Below are positions 56,073 through 58,698 of a DNA stretch of 58,698 bases, piece by piece; positions within the stretch are counted from its first letter, which is position 1, and every line of letters starts with the position of its first letter. The notes beneath the pieces were generated by a model that made no database searches, had not been told where the DNA came from, and saw nothing but the letters and a program-made list of their open reading frames with translations. The DNA is from a virus (Duplodnaviria; Caudoviricetes), in IMG/VR virus record IMGVR_UViG_3300043173_000778, positions 1-58,698 of that record; one strand, written 5' to 3'. Both the position numbers and the translations under genes were made by a program.

Positions 56073-57335
56073 TTAATATTTGATTTCCATCCCTTTAAGC
56101 TCTCCTGACTGTACGTGAAAAATGATTTTAGTAGCGATGTCTTTGTCAAAGCCCAGTTTGACCATATTCTTGATTATCAGATCGTGAATTTTGTCGACGT
56201 GGGCTTTGTTGTCCGTTTTTTTCTTGAGAGCCTTCGCCTCTTTTTCTTTCTCAAGTCTCAGGGTTTCAGCGTCTTCGTCCTCTCTTTGCTTTTTTTCTCG
56301 CTCAAGGGCGTTTGCTTTTGCTTTTGCAAGAATTACCCTGACCTCCGTCTGGACAATGGCTGCTTCAGAAACATACTCACCGAAAAACTCAGAGGTAATT
56401 TTAACATTCAAAACGTTTAGGCGGTCCTCAATAACGTCTGAGGTTAATTTTTCCAGAGACCTCCTTAAATGCCACATCGCTTTAATTTTCTCTGAAATAA
56501 GCTCTTTTCGCTTTGTTTCTGCCTCTTCCTTTCTCACCGTCTCTCTTGTCAGTTTGTCGGCCGCCTCTTTTTGGATTTTCTCTGTTTTTTCTTCTTCCTT
56601 TTTCTTTACCGCCTTGGCGATTTTCTCATCCCGCTCCTTGTCTTTTTCTTTAGCCTTGCGGGTAGCCTCAGCCGCTTCATACTCAGTAATTTTTAGGGAC
56701 TGCCCCAATGTGTCAAGAGACTTTTGTTTTAATTTTTTAGCCACATCCTGGAACTCCTGAAAGCTGTCATCAACAGCTATGCCTTCTAAAATTTCAATAG
56801 CCTTTTTGGTTTGTTTTAAATTGTATTCTTTTGCCCTATCGCCATAAGCCTCTATGTCAGATATTCTCTCTTGGAGTCTTTCTTTCCGTGCCTTCTCCTT
56901 ATCTTCCCATTCCACCGCTGGAGCTATCGTTTCAGTATGAAGGGATTTACAATCGGCCAATGCCTGTTTTTTTGACAAGGAAATTGCTTTTATTTCTTTC
57001 GTCACATCCTCGATAGTCGCTTTTTTAGCATCCAGCAAAGCGGTTCCGCTTTTATCGAAGCCGGCCCTCAGACTACCTTTTTTACTGCCCACAATTTTGG
57101 CGGCCAGGCTTCTGAGCATTGCCCGATTTTTTGCTTTTGACATATCGCCGGGCAGCTCCGCCGCTTCGGCCTCAATTTTTACTCTGATTGCGCCAAGAAG
57201 CGGCGCCAGGCCGTCCGGTTTTTTAAAAGCGACCTCAAGCTCGCCTTGATCAATTTCTATAATGCCGCCGTAGAGGGCGATAGCTTTTTGTTCAACTGCG
57301 CCGTTATCACAGCAGTTGCTTTCTTGTTCGCTCAT
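56073..57335 (-). CDS. coiled-coil phage protein
   Basis: K/E/A-rich; R..LRSLAAKI..SK N-terminal motif seen in lambdoid early-left genes. Confidence 0.75.
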   Translation of the reverse strand: MSEQESNCCDNGAVEQKAIALYGGIIEIDQGELEVAFKKPDGLAPLLGAIRVKIEAEAAELPGDMSKAKNRAMLRSLAAKIVGSKKGSLRAGFDKSGTALLDAKKATIEDVTKEIKAISLSKKQALADCKSLHTETIAPAVEWEDKEKARKERLQERISDIEAYGDRAKEYNLKQTKKAIEILEGIAVDDSFQEFQDVAKKLKQKSLDTLGQSLKITEYEAAEATRKAKEKDKERDEKIAKAVKKKEEEKTEKIQKEAADKLTRETVRKEEAETKRKELISEKIKAMWHLRRSLEKLTSDVIEDRLNVLNVKITSEFFGEYVSEAAIVQTEVRVILAKAKANALEREKKQREDEDAETLRLEKEKEAKALKKKTDNKAHVDKIHDLIIKNMVKLGFDKDIATKIIFHVQSGELKGMEIKY

Positions 57336-57793
57336 AGTTTTAGCTCCTTTGGGTCAACGAGTTTATGTTTAATTAATTCGATTAAAAGAGTAGCCTTGGC
57401 GTGGGCTGCCAGCATTACAGGGCTAGACAAATCCCTGGCGTATTGATCATAAGCCTGACGCCATTTTCGACAACGCTCCTTCCTGTTTGAGGGGAATAGA
57501 TGACCCGGAAATGGGTAGGTATTGACGCAATAAAAATCCTGTTTTAAAAAGTTTGGCTTGGGCAATAAGGCGTCCAGCTCGGCGGATGAGTAGGCGTTTA
57601 TGATTGTTTTGGGATAATGTGTATTGGCGCCGTGCCGTGGCCGCAATTCCCACTCATCTATTTTGTTGCATTCTGTCTCAGCCAAACCATGAAAAATTTT
57701 TCGTTCCCACACAAAGTAACTTTTAGCCTCCACTCCGAAGTTTTTAAATTCTTCGCCTTGCCCCTTGAAGCAAACCTGTTTTTCAATTTCCAT
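57332..57793 (-). CDS. hypothetical protein, paralog of 18173..18646
   Basis: see paralog; AAGGAG RBS. Confidence 0.7.
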   Translation of the reverse strand: MEIEKQVCFKGQGEEFKNFGVEAKSYFVWERKIFHGLAETECNKIDEWELRPRHGANTHYPKTIINAYSSAELDALLPKPNFLKQDFYCVNTYPFPGHLFPSNRKERCRKWRQAYDQYARDLSSPVMLAAHAKATLLIELIKHKLVDPKELKL

Positions 57794-57825
57794 ATTTCTC
57801 CTTTTGCGGCCCGAAGGCCGCGTGA

Positions 57826-58698
57826 TTATTTGCTTTGCTCCAGCAAGTCAATAATTAACTGAGCGGCGGCTCCGTCTTTTGAAATACAAGCCGCCGTGAT
57901 GCGTTCGTCCGACAGTGTTTTGCTTTTGTACTGTCGGCCGATAACCTCAGCATATTCGAGGCTTCCTAACATATCCTGCAGGGTGGTGATTTCGGCAACC
58001 ACTCCACGCGGGGCTTGGCTGTCTGGCTCAGGCGGCTGATCGCCGCTTTTTGCCCCATTCAAATTCGAGGGGGTTTGTTTTTGCTCCGGCGGCGGCGTGT
58101 CTGGTTTTTTGACTTCGGGCGGCGGGGTAGATGTAGATGTTTTGGGCTTCACTTCATGCGCCTCACTGGTTATGTCAATAGTTTCAGGCTCATCAGCAAT
58201 AAACCGACCCGTTATTCGCCGCAAAACCCGTGTGTAAAATTTTGACTCAGAAAGACCGAGAACTTTGTCTAACGAGTCCCATTTTCCAAACGGTATTTTG
58301 ATATGAACTTCATCGCCCTCATCATAGCCGAGCGTTTGTGTTTGTCCGTCAATTTTCCATTTGGCGCGGCATTTGATAAATGCGTAATTATCTTTAACCG
58401 CTGGAGTTCCGTAACCGTCGGCATATCCATCTGTCATTTCGATAATACGTCGATGTTTGCCGGCTTTGACGGGCATTCCGTTGCCGGAAATAATGTTGAT
58501 TTCATTTCCATGCGGACGATAGCCTTCCAGGATACAGGGCAGCAGGGCCTCAATAATTTGATCATAAGAATATGGCTTCAGCTCATATTTTTTGTTCGGA
58601 TCAGCGTTATGTTTCCGGAGCGCGGCGGGGTTTCGGTCAGTCAGAAAGCCCGCGCGGTTATCCCTGGACATTTCAATTAATTCTCTCATTTCCGGTAA
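57826..58698 (-). CDS. C-terminal part of join-spanning gene; possible RecT-like annealing protein
   Basis: adjacent to ExoVIII-like nuclease; globular core plus Pro-rich linker; family call tentative. Confidence 0.6.
   Translation of the reverse strand, partial: LPEMRELIEMSRDNRAGFLTDRNPAALRKHNADPNKKYELKPYSYDQIIEALLPCILEGYRPHGNEINIISGNGMPVKAGKHRRIIEMTDGYADGYGTPAVKDNYAFIKCRAKWKIDGQTQTLGYDEGDEVHIKIPFGKWDSLDKVLGLSESKFYTRVLRRITGRFIADEPETIDITSEAHEVKPKTSTSTPPPEVKKPDTPPPEQKQTPSNLNGAKSGDQPPEPDSQAPRGVVAEITTLQDMLGSLEYAEVIGRQYKSKTLSDERITAACISKDGAAAQLIIDLLEQSK
58572..58698. repeat. Terminal direct repeat (copy 2)
   Basis: identical to 1-127. Confidence 0.95.

Overview
A complete, circularly permuted tailed-phage genome of about 58,571 bp. 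Bases 1-127 are repeated exactly at 58572-58698, which is a typical assembler overlap, and one gene runs across the join. Layout: (i) leftward recombination/early arm, 53.3 kb through the origin to 3.3 kb; (ii) rightward arm, 3.4-18 kb, with a DNA-modification cluster (PAPS-reductase-family gene, N6A/N4C MTase, split C5 MTase), a lambda-O-like initiator with internal iterons, DnaB, YopX and a DUF1064-like nuclease; (iii) leftward array of small accessory genes, 18-26 kb, punctuated by 10 copies of a 22-bp motif; (iv) rightward late arm, 26.3-53.3 kb, with terminase, HK97-type head, tRNA-Met(CAT) and a Mu-like contractile tail. I recognised no integrase, DNA polymerase or endolysin. Most striking: the PAPS-reductase-family gene has an in-frame TGA exactly at the second Cys of the RWCC motif, followed by a SECIS-like hairpin, making it a candidate phage selenoprotein. 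Also notable are a ~640-nt dual-coding two-subunit C5 methyltransferase, an integron-type attC site inside the head-tail module, two highly structured intergenic RNAs (one pseudoknotted), a promoter-terminator sRNA carrying an anti-Shine-Dalgarno sequence, and a secreted 18-Cys Diedel-like protein. All family calls come from motif recognition by eye, not database searches.
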